Source of the DNA: Candidatus Poribacteria bacterium
Lineage (GTDB): Bacteria; Poribacteria; WGA-4E; PCPOR2b
NCBI GenBank assembly: GCA_965215015.1
Contig: OZ244042.1
Location: forward strand, 672,001-736,000
Direction of reading: 5' to 3'
Length of the DNA: 64,000 nt
The notes under the pieces are model-generated. The model ran no database searches and was not told where the DNA came from. It worked only from the letters and a program-made list of their open reading frames with translations. The stretch's first letter is position 1, and the number at the start of each line of letters is the position of its first letter. Both the position numbers and the translations under genes were made by a program. Shown one piece after another: positions 50,696-58,849 of the stretch.

Positions 50696-52170
50696 TACTC
50701 GGTTACCGCATACAACTGAATTTGACTCCCCTTTTGACTGCGTAGGCAAACGATTAGTTCGGGCTGATCATCATTATCGGCATCGGCAATTTTCATGTCT
50801 ACAATTTGTCCATCAAGTAACGGGCTTCTCCAACCTTCCACATACAAGTCCCCTTTTCTTTCAAGGATAATAAACTGATCTGACAACTCGAGGGGACTGG
50901 GGAGGTTTTTCACTGTTGCAACAATCTCCGGCGTACCATCCCCATTCAGGTCGCCAACCCCAACCCCTTCACCGAAGATCGGTGGTGTCTGCCATAAGAG
51001 CCGAGTCGTGTTGTTGTCAATGTGATAAATTTGCAGATGTCCCTCCAAATCGATAGCGGCAACTTCGCTTGTGAATCGATCTATCGCTATCACGCGCGTG
51101 GCAATTGAATGGTAATTGACAGGCAACGGGCAGGGGTGTTTCAGATGGATTTTTCCCATCCGCCACACCCAACAGCTTGTCGATTGTCCACGATACATCA
51201 GTTGATTGGCATCGGTTCCCCCAAAGATCATCCGCTCCCCACCTTGGGCGAGACATATCGACTCCTCTGCAAAAATTGTTACCTCGCCGTCCGTCCCCCA
51301 TTCGACCCGCTGCGTTAGATTCGGTGGGATGCCGATATAAATTTCATCTCTGCCATCTTCATTCCGATCGGCGGCAAGCATTATCCGTCGGTGCCGTGCC
51401 AAAACCGGCGTCTCATCGGTGCCATATTGAGTCTCCGAGAGGTCAAGGTGTTTCCAAAAATCAACTCCGCTCCATTTCAATACTTTGACGCGTTTTTCGT
51501 CTGCCACCAGCACTTCGTTAAAGCCATCTCCGTCCGGATCTGACACCTCGATTGCCAGGGCGAAATAGTCGCTATCCGGCGCGCTTTGCCATTTAAGGAA
51601 GTAGGGGTGGAGGTTCGCGGCAGGGGCTGTCGTATAAAGCCCCGCCAACGTAGCTGTAGGTGATAACTGACGATTGGCAACATATCGGAGATACCCTGTT
51701 TTCACTTCCCACAAAAACAGATTAAGGTTGACTACCAGATCAAGCCCTGTGATTTGCCCCGTGATTAGCCACTGACATGCCAAGGATTTGCCATACCGCT
51801 TCACCTGCTCAGGAGTCAACAGACTGCCATCCGTGGGGTATTGACGCCAGTCCAAATGCTCTGGACCAATAAAAGTATCGCCGCTCTCCCCTTTCAACTG
51901 AGACGCAAGCAGGCTAGTTAAAACGCGGCTAACTGTTTTTAGATTTGGTTCTGTAACGTTTAGAGGAATCAACGCGACTCCAGCATCGCTGAAATCCTTC
52001 GGCAATTTCGCAAAAATCTCACCCGTAATACCTTCTACTACACGGTTCAAATCCCTCTCCGGCGCAGCAAAAGCGATCGTCATATAACAGTACAAAAGGA
52101 TAAAAACGGTGAGGGGAAAGCAAACTTTAATCTTAAAGGAATCCTGAGTCTCTATAGTATTTCGCGGCAT
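50695..52170 (-). CDS. Exported FG-GAP/VCBS-repeat protein with an N-terminal CsgG/FlgO-like domain
   Basis: DPDGDGFNE, DRNEDGRDE, GDLNGDGTPE, DADNDDQPE. Confidence 0.7.
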   Translation of the reverse strand: MPRNTIETQDSFKIKVCFPLTVFILLYCYMTIAFAAPERDLNRVVEGITGEIFAKLPKDFSDAGVALIPLNVTEPNLKTVSRVLTSLLASQLKGESGDTFIGPEHLDWRQYPTDGSLLTPEQVKRYGKSLACQWLITGQITGLDLVVNLNLFLWEVKTGYLRYVANRQLSPTATLAGLYTTAPAANLHPYFLKWQSAPDSDYFALAIEVSDPDGDGFNEVLVADEKRVKVLKWSGVDFWKHLDLSETQYGTDETPVLARHRRIMLAADRNEDGRDEIYIGIPPNLTQRVEWGTDGEVTIFAEESICLAQGGERMIFGGTDANQLMYRGQSTSCWVWRMGKIHLKHPCPLPVNYHSIATRVIAIDRFTSEVAAIDLEGHLQIYHIDNNTTRLLWQTPPIFGEGVGVGDLNGDGTPEIVATVKNLPSPLELSDQFIILERKGDLYVEGWRSPLLDGQIVDMKIADADNDDQPELIVCLRSQKGSQIQLYAVTE

Positions 52171-52291
52171 TCATCGCTCCTTACATATCGCGCATCGCGT
52201 TTCACTTAAACTTTAGCTTGACAAAACCAAGCTGCGTGTGGAATTATAGAGTGTCTTTACATTCGCTGTCAATTGTACACGGCCAAACCAG

Positions 52292-53125
52292 ATGCAAATT
52301 CCAGACTACTACCGCACATTAGAAATAGATCGCCGCGCAACGGCGGAGGATATTAAACAGGCATATCGCAAGCAGGTGAAGCAGCACCACCCGGATAAAA
52401 ATCCGGGGAAGGAGAGGTATGCTGAACGCATGTTTCGCCGAATCTGTATCGCCTATGAAATTCTTAGCGATCCCCAACGGAAGCTGAAGTATGATCTCAT
52501 GCTCAAATCAGTAGATTTAGAGCACGCGTGGCAGCCCCGCCCTTTCAAAAATCTCCGGAAATCAAACCAAACCCGACACAAGTATCAGCTTATGTTTCAG
52601 GAGTTACTGAACGAAAATATTGAAGCGGGCATCCAACTTTATGAACAGCTGCAACGCGAAAAGAGAAAGGGCTGTATTGACGATTTTTTAGGCTATGCAG
52701 ACAGTCGGGACTGCGAATTTTTGATCGCAGAAGCCTACCAAACGCGTGGGGATTATCGGACGGCTATGACAATTTATGAATCGTTAATTGAGTCCGAAAA
52801 GCGGCATCCGTGTTTTCACCACTTCATTGATGAAATCAAGGAGCGGCTGAAACGGGTCTATTTCCATGTCCTAACGAACCCTCAGAACCTTGAAGATATT
52901 CCAACCGATTTAGAAAAGATTCGCGCTTTAAACCTGTCGAAACGTGAAACGGCATGGATTTATAAAAGGTTATCAGAATGCTACATTGATATCAACCAGA
53001 TTAGCCAAGCGAAAGAGATGTTGAGTATGGCATTTGAGCTCTACCCAGGCATGGCGGGCGCAAAAAAGATTTGCCAACAGCTAGGCATGGAACACTTGCT
53101 GTTGCAAAACGGTACACAGTGGTAA
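52292..53125 (+). CDS. DnaJ-domain protein with a TPR-like C-terminus
   Basis: DYY..L, HPD, AYEILSDP. Confidence 0.85.
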   Translation: MQIPDYYRTLEIDRRATAEDIKQAYRKQVKQHHPDKNPGKERYAERMFRRICIAYEILSDPQRKLKYDLMLKSVDLEHAWQPRPFKNLRKSNQTRHKYQLMFQELLNENIEAGIQLYEQLQREKRKGCIDDFLGYADSRDCEFLIAEAYQTRGDYRTAMTIYESLIESEKRHPCFHHFIDEIKERLKRVYFHVLTNPQNLEDIPTDLEKIRALNLSKRETAWIYKRLSECYIDINQISQAKEMLSMAFELYPGMAGAKKICQQLGMEHLLLQNGTQW

Positions 53126-53359
53126 CCTGATCTTAACAGTCCCTCGGGTGAACCATCTCGTTTTGAACTGCAACTAGTATAATATCACAAAACCCCGTAT
53201 TTTTCTATTTATAATGCACTCGGTCAACGGCATATTGCAGCACACAGATGGAAAGGAAATCGGCTTAAATTGCTATACCGTTCAGTTTTAATCCAAAGCA
53301 TCTAAACGCCTCGGTTTCTACTCCACAACCAGCGATTTGCTTGATTGCATGTTTTTGCC

Positions 53360-54598
53360 ATGCTCCAACAAATAAACCCAACCTTAACAGTCAGAGGAAA
53401 TCTAGCTGTCGGACAATCCGGAGATCTATCGGCAGTATTCAACGCCTGCCTCTACGGCATAATCCAAGAGGCAAAGCAATACCCCGAAATCCAAAACATT
53501 TATGGTATGGTGGACGGCGTAGGAGGGTTGTTGAAAGGCAATCTAATCGATCTGGGCCGGCAGAAGCCTGCGATTCTTGAAAAACTAAAAAACGTTCCAT
53601 CTGCTGCGCTCCCTTCTAGCTACGATGCCCTTGTATATGAGGATTATGGTCGCGCTTTAGAAATCTGTAAAAAATATAAGATCCGTTTTGTTATCTACAT
53701 GGGTAATAAGGGGGCAATGTCTACTGCCAATCAACTTGCGGAATTTGCTGAAGGCGCAGACTACCCCCTCTGTTGCATAGGGATTCCGCACTCCGTGGAG
53801 AATACCCTCGGCTTCACAGATCACTGTTTTGGCTATGGCAGTGCCGCGCGAGCAAACGCTATCATGACACGAAATTTGGGACGTGATGCCGAAGCAATGG
53901 GTGCCACGGCAGGTGTGAAACTGATTGAAACAATGGGGCATAATTCCGGTTGGCTCGCCGCAGCAACCGCCTTAGCAAAAGATTCTGATGATAGCTCACC
54001 ACATCTAATCTATCTGCCGGAAAGTGGACTGGATCCAGTGCAATTCCTCACCGATGTGGCAGCGGTGTACCGGCGGTTGGGTTACTGTCTGGTCGTCATC
54101 AGTGAGGGGGTGAAAGGCAAGGATGGGCGTCCGTTTTACCCTAGTACTGGATTAGACGGAAGTGTAGGGGAATATCTGTGTACGCTTCTCGCCGAGCGAC
54201 TCCAACTCAAGGCCAGTTGTGACAAACTTGAGGATTTGTCTCGATTCGCAATACAGTCCGCCTCTGTGGTTGATTCGGGGGAGGCGTTGATGGCGGGGCA
54301 AGCAGCTGTCCGCCGTGCCGTTGATGGAATGAACGGTTTCATGATTACCATTTCTCGACACTTGGACCCCAACAAGCCGTATAGCTCTTTAATCGGTATG
54401 GTACGGCTCGGATTAGGAGCGCAGTCTGAGAAAGTGGTGCCAGAAACCTTTATTAACGAAGCGGCTAATTTTGTCACCGAGGCATTTGAGAAGTACGCAA
54501 CTCCGTTGATCGGGGGGAAGCTGCCTGATACTTTGCAGCCCGATCCTACCGGGGAGGAGGTACGGTTGGAGACTATTCCTGTTAACCGTCCTGACTGA
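53360..54598 (+). CDS. Phosphofructokinase (Pfp/PfkA-family) homologue with degenerate catalytic motifs
   Basis: Family motifs TDHCFGYGSAA, ETMG..SGWLAAA, PHLIYLPE, VISEG, but PHSVENT replaces PKTIDND. Confidence 0.78.
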   Translation: MLQQINPTLTVRGNLAVGQSGDLSAVFNACLYGIIQEAKQYPEIQNIYGMVDGVGGLLKGNLIDLGRQKPAILEKLKNVPSAALPSSYDALVYEDYGRALEICKKYKIRFVIYMGNKGAMSTANQLAEFAEGADYPLCCIGIPHSVENTLGFTDHCFGYGSAARANAIMTRNLGRDAEAMGATAGVKLIETMGHNSGWLAAATALAKDSDDSSPHLIYLPESGLDPVQFLTDVAAVYRRLGYCLVVISEGVKGKDGRPFYPSTGLDGSVGEYLCTLLAERLQLKASCDKLEDLSRFAIQSASVVDSGEALMAGQAAVRRAVDGMNGFMITISRHLDPNKPYSSLIGMVRLGLGAQSEKVVPETFINEAANFVTEAFEKYATPLIGGKLPDTLQPDPTGEEVRLETIPVNRPD

Positions 54599-54652
54599 CG
54601 CATCAGAACCCCTTGCATTCCCCCGCAAGCGGGGGGATAATGGAGGGTCATC

Positions 54653-55231
54653 ATGAGCATGTTTCGTGAACATTGGATCGGTGGATTGGTCACGTACACT
54701 TGGTTTTTCGCAATTTCGTTTGGAATAGCCCTGACCGGTGTTTTCGCTTTTCGACAGCCAACGGACTGGAATCCAACGGTTTCCCTTGAGCCCTTGAAAA
54801 TCATTGCGTGTTTTGCTATTGCCGTTCTCTCAGGGTTGTGGCCCGACGTGGACACCAAAAGCAAAAGTCAACAGATTTTTTATCGGCTCTTCCTCATCTC
54901 CAACGTCCTGCTGATTTATGAGGGATATTACTCTATATCAGCATTTCTCGGCTTATTTGCTATGCTCCCGCTCATCGGTAATCATCGGGGGTGGACGCAT
55001 TCTAAACTGACGATGCTACTGTTACCTGCGATTTTCCTGATTCTGCCAATCTATTTCCAGCGCGATCAGTTGGACCACAATGAGTTGTTGGCAGCACAGA
55101 ATCTGGTTTTGCTCAAAGGTGGTCTGCCTTTCTATACAGCTAGCTTAATCGGGTACGCGACGCATTTGCATTTGGACGGTATTTTGTTACGGTCTCGCAA
55201 GGCACAAAGACGCCAGGCGAGAGCAAGCTAG
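54653..55231 (+). CDS. Membrane metal-dependent hydrolase (YdjM-like)
   Basis: PDVD, HRGWTHS, HLHLD. Confidence 0.8.
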   Translation: MSMFREHWIGGLVTYTWFFAISFGIALTGVFAFRQPTDWNPTVSLEPLKIIACFAIAVLSGLWPDVDTKSKSQQIFYRLFLISNVLLIYEGYYSISAFLGLFAMLPLIGNHRGWTHSKLTMLLLPAIFLILPIYFQRDQLDHNELLAAQNLVLLKGGLPFYTASLIGYATHLHLDGILLRSRKAQRRQARAS

Positions 55232-55381
55232 AGCGATCCATTTCTCCTCGTTTCGTTATGGTTATCACTAGGGGTGCTTGTATTGGAATCTTGTGATAGA
55301 AATGTCATGCGGATGCTACGATTCTGTAACATTTATCCGGTATACTTTTTGCCCGTCAAGGAGAGTTGATTTTTAATACAA

Positions 55382-57154
55382 TTGATTACTGAAAGAGAAA
55401 AGTTGATGGATTACAAACAGACGCATGTTTTGAGGGTTTTTAGTGTGCTGGTCTTAAGCATTGCAATTATTGGTAGTACCGCAGCACAAGCTCCGGATTT
55501 TCCGGCCCGGATGCCAATTGTCGAGCGGGCGTTCTCGGAAGATCCGGATAAATTCAGTTTCGCAATTATTGGTGATAAAACGGGGGGAGGGCTGGATAAG
55601 TGGCCCATATTTGACCGCGCAATCAGCGAAATTAATTCGCTGCAACCTGACTTTGCCATCATGGTTGGTGACCTGATACAAGGGGATACGATTGACCTAG
55701 AACGGCTTAAGGCGGAATGGGAGGAGTTTTGGCAGCATGAATCCCCTTTAGTCGTACCGTTTCTTCTGTTACCGGGGAACCACGATATTACCAATCGGGT
55801 GATGTATGACTATTGGGTTGAGCATATCGGACGGACCTATTCGGCTTTTACCTATAAAGATTGCTTGTTTATCATACTCAATACGGAGGAGAGACACGGG
55901 TTGCCTCAAGGCGTGGAGGACTGGTTTGGCAAGGTGCAGATTCACTATGTGGCAGCAGAATTAGAACGACACCCGGACGTGCGGCATACTTTTGTGCTGT
56001 TGCACAAACCTGCATGGCTACATGAAGGGTCCGGTTGGGATCAAATTGAGGAGGTGCTCGGTGACCGGGCATACACCGTTTTTGCTGGGCACTATCACAA
56101 CCTGACGCTGCACACACGCGATGACCATCGATACTTTGTTCTCAGCGCGACCGGCGGTGGGCTAACCCCCCGCGAAGTAAAAGAGTTCGGTGCATTTGAC
56201 CATTACAGCATTGTGACGGTGGATGGTGATGATGTCACCGTTGCGATTGTTGAACCGGGCAGTATTCATCCGGCAGACATCTCGACAGTTGCATTTAAAG
56301 AGAAGTTCAGAGATTTGCTCACCTACCAGCCTGACTTTGAGGTTGACAGAGCACAACCAGTTACCAGCGGGAAACTCGAAATCGAGTTACAAAACACGTT
56401 TGAAAAACTGGTAAAGGTTGAAATTGCGTTTGACCCAAGTGATAATTGGCAGATAACCCCAAACCAGCTTACTTTTGAGGTGAAGCCGGGGCAGGAGACA
56501 AAGAGTGTCGTGACTTTTTTAGGCGCGTCTGATGCGCTGCTTCCCTTACCGACGTTCCACTATTCCATCCTGTACGGTGGGGAACAGTTGTATAGCCGGA
56601 GCGAGAAGGTTAAGTTTGTCAATGAAGTAGATCTGCAGGCACTCAAAGATTGGCAGATTCTCGGTCCGTTTAACCTGGGTATGACAGAACGACCAACTAA
56701 CTCACAAACTGCGCCGCTACAGTTTATCGCTGAACAACTCCTGGGGGAGGGTGTAAGTGACAAAGCCTATTCGGGCAAAAATGGGCAAATCCACTGGCAA
56801 GAGTACCGCGCTGAGAGCGAAGTTATCAACTTAAACAAGGCGTTGGGAGAACCGGATTGGGCATTCGCTTACGCGGTAACCTATATCAAGAGTCCTGACG
56901 ACCGGACGGTTTTCGCTCAAATTCGATGGGGGAGTGAGTTGGGACGCCTCTCTGTCAACGATGTCGAAATCCAAGAGGCATCGTTGCCGGAAGCGGTACT
57001 GTTCTTCAATTGGGCTTATATTGAGTTGCCGCTGAAGGCTGGCTGGAATACCGTGATAGTCAAATCCGCAGATTATACAGGTGGTTGGGACTATCGGATG
57101 TGGGTTGAAAACCAGATGGATACCCTTGTCTTTTCTCATCAGATGTCACACTAA
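55382..57154 (+). CDS. Exported calcineurin-like metallophosphoesterase with C-terminal beta domains
   Basis: GD, VGDLI, PGNHD, HKP, AGHYH; signal peptide. Confidence 0.85.
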   Translation: MITEREKLMDYKQTHVLRVFSVLVLSIAIIGSTAAQAPDFPARMPIVERAFSEDPDKFSFAIIGDKTGGGLDKWPIFDRAISEINSLQPDFAIMVGDLIQGDTIDLERLKAEWEEFWQHESPLVVPFLLLPGNHDITNRVMYDYWVEHIGRTYSAFTYKDCLFIILNTEERHGLPQGVEDWFGKVQIHYVAAELERHPDVRHTFVLLHKPAWLHEGSGWDQIEEVLGDRAYTVFAGHYHNLTLHTRDDHRYFVLSATGGGLTPREVKEFGAFDHYSIVTVDGDDVTVAIVEPGSIHPADISTVAFKEKFRDLLTYQPDFEVDRAQPVTSGKLEIELQNTFEKLVKVEIAFDPSDNWQITPNQLTFEVKPGQETKSVVTFLGASDALLPLPTFHYSILYGGEQLYSRSEKVKFVNEVDLQALKDWQILGPFNLGMTERPTNSQTAPLQFIAEQLLGEGVSDKAYSGKNGQIHWQEYRAESEVINLNKALGEPDWAFAYAVTYIKSPDDRTVFAQIRWGSELGRLSVNDVEIQEASLPEAVLFFNWAYIELPLKAGWNTVIVKSADYTGGWDYRMWVENQMDTLVFSHQMSH

Positions 57155-57273
57155 TGTGTTATTCCCGGAATTTGCGTAAGGACGAGGGTGTCAATCGAAC
57201 CTTTCCACAGTATTTGGGTGAGGCACTCTCGCTCCTACCTCCACCGCAAGATCAGATCCTTCATAAATAGGTT

Positions 57274-57364
57274 GGCTCACAAAAAAAGAGAGCGCAAAAC
57301 GCTAAGAGACCCCGAGTTTTTCTTGAAAACTCGGGGTCTATTGCACGATGTCTTAACATGAACC
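57274..57364. mobile_element. 91-bp MITE with a perfect 8-bp target-site duplication
   Basis: AATAGGTT at 57266-57273 and 57365-57372; ends GGCTCA/TGAACC; internal hairpin AGACCCCGAGTTTT..AAAACTCGGGGTCT. Confidence 0.75.
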
Positions 57365-57383
57365 AATAGGTTAAATAGCGAGG

Positions 57384-58190
57384 ATGTCAGTCATGTCAAA
57401 TTACCTAGAACCGATACATCATACAGACTGGAAAAACAATAACTACCTAAGAATTTCCGGCTTCTTCTCGGATGAAGAGGTGACGGCATTGCAAGGGTGG
57501 GTCAACGACATTGAGCACTGGAAACCGACCCATGACAAGTGGCTGCACCATTTTGAAGCCACCCCAGACGGGACACGGCTTTCCCGATCGGAAAATTTCG
57601 TGTCGTACCACGCAGGTCTGAACAAGATTTTGACGGGCGGAAAGGTGCTGGAAGTTGTTTCGGAATTGATGGGCGAACCGGCAGTCCTCTACAAAGAGAA
57701 AATTAATTATAAATACCCCGGTGGTGGCGGCTACGCCGCACATCAGGACGCGCCTGCCTACGAGTTCGTTACATTCCATATTACCTGCTTAATTTCCGTC
57801 GACGCAGCGAGTCCGGAGAGCGGTTGTCTCTCTTTCTCGCCGGGGCAATACGAGAAAGGTTTCATTGCGCTTGATGAAAAGGGTTGTATTGCAGAGGAGG
57901 TCGCTTCGGAGATGGAATGGGTTGAGGTGCCAACGGAGCCGGGGGACATCCTGCTTTTCGGGTCTTATATCCCGCACAAAAGCGGAATAAACAGCTCCAA
58001 TCAGCCTCGACGCATCATTTATGTGACCTACAACGCCCTCTCCGAAGGCGATTGGCGTGAGCGGTACTATGAGGACAAACGACAGACCTTTTTGGAGTAT
58101 ACCAAAAATAGCTCAACACAAGCAAGTCAAATCAGTAAAATTGGACATTTTCAGGGAAGGACAGTGCTAAACCATGAACAATCGGATTGA
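57384..58190 (+). CDS. Fe(II)/2OG dioxygenase of the PhyH family, PhnY-like
   Basis: KEKINYKYPGGGGYAAHQD, distal H and R; overlaps the phnZ-like gene. Confidence 0.78.
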   Translation: MSVMSNYLEPIHHTDWKNNNYLRISGFFSDEEVTALQGWVNDIEHWKPTHDKWLHHFEATPDGTRLSRSENFVSYHAGLNKILTGGKVLEVVSELMGEPAVLYKEKINYKYPGGGGYAAHQDAPAYEFVTFHITCLISVDAASPESGCLSFSPGQYEKGFIALDEKGCIAEEVASEMEWVEVPTEPGDILLFGSYIPHKSGINSSNQPRRIIYVTYNALSEGDWRERYYEDKRQTFLEYTKNSSTQASQISKIGHFQGRTVLNHEQSD

Positions 58191-58770
58191 CCAAACGCTC
58201 GCGGAACAGCTGACAGGCATAACAGTAGCGGAGAAGGTTACCACGCTATTTGATTATATGGAACGCAGGGGACAGTCGTTTTACGATGAATCGGTAACGC
58301 AATTGCAACATGCGTGTCAATGTGCGAACCAGGCACAGCTGCACGGCGGAAGCACAACGCAGATTGTGAGTGCCCTGCTACATGACATCGGGCACTTTCT
58401 GTTAGATGAACATAACGCCGAGAGCGACTTTTTGGAGGAAGATCAGAATCACGAGGAGGTCGGCGCAGATTATCTGGAGCCGTTTTTCCCGGAGGCGGTT
58501 ACAACCCCGATTCGATTGCATGTGCCAGCGAAACGGTATTTGTGTACAACCGACGCATCATACTACGATGGCTTATCCGAGGCGTCGAAAAGGAGTTTCC
58601 ACCTTCAGGGTGGGGGTATGTCGGCAGAGGAACGGGCAGCGTTTGAACGCATCCTATATTATCAGGACGCGCTCCAGCTGCGACGGTGGGATGATCTCGC
58701 CAAAGTGAAGGGGTTAGAGACACCTGCAATTGGTACTTACCGCGAGATTGTGCAGGCGTGCCTGAAATAG
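58174..58770 (+). CDS. HD-domain di-iron oxygenase, PhnZ-like
   Basis: E.VTQLQHA.Q.A, LLHDIGH, HEEVGA, LHVPAKRYL, LRRWDD.AK. Confidence 0.82.
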   Translation: MNNRIDQTLAEQLTGITVAEKVTTLFDYMERRGQSFYDESVTQLQHACQCANQAQLHGGSTTQIVSALLHDIGHFLLDEHNAESDFLEEDQNHEEVGADYLEPFFPEAVTTPIRLHVPAKRYLCTTDASYYDGLSEASKRSFHLQGGGMSAEERAAFERILYYQDALQLRRWDDLAKVKGLETPAIGTYREIVQACLK

Positions 58771-58849
58771 CAGACGTTGCCATTTAGTAGAAAACGTTGC
58801 GAACCGAGAAGATGGGAATCAAGCACCGCTTGCAGTAGATTGCGGAACA

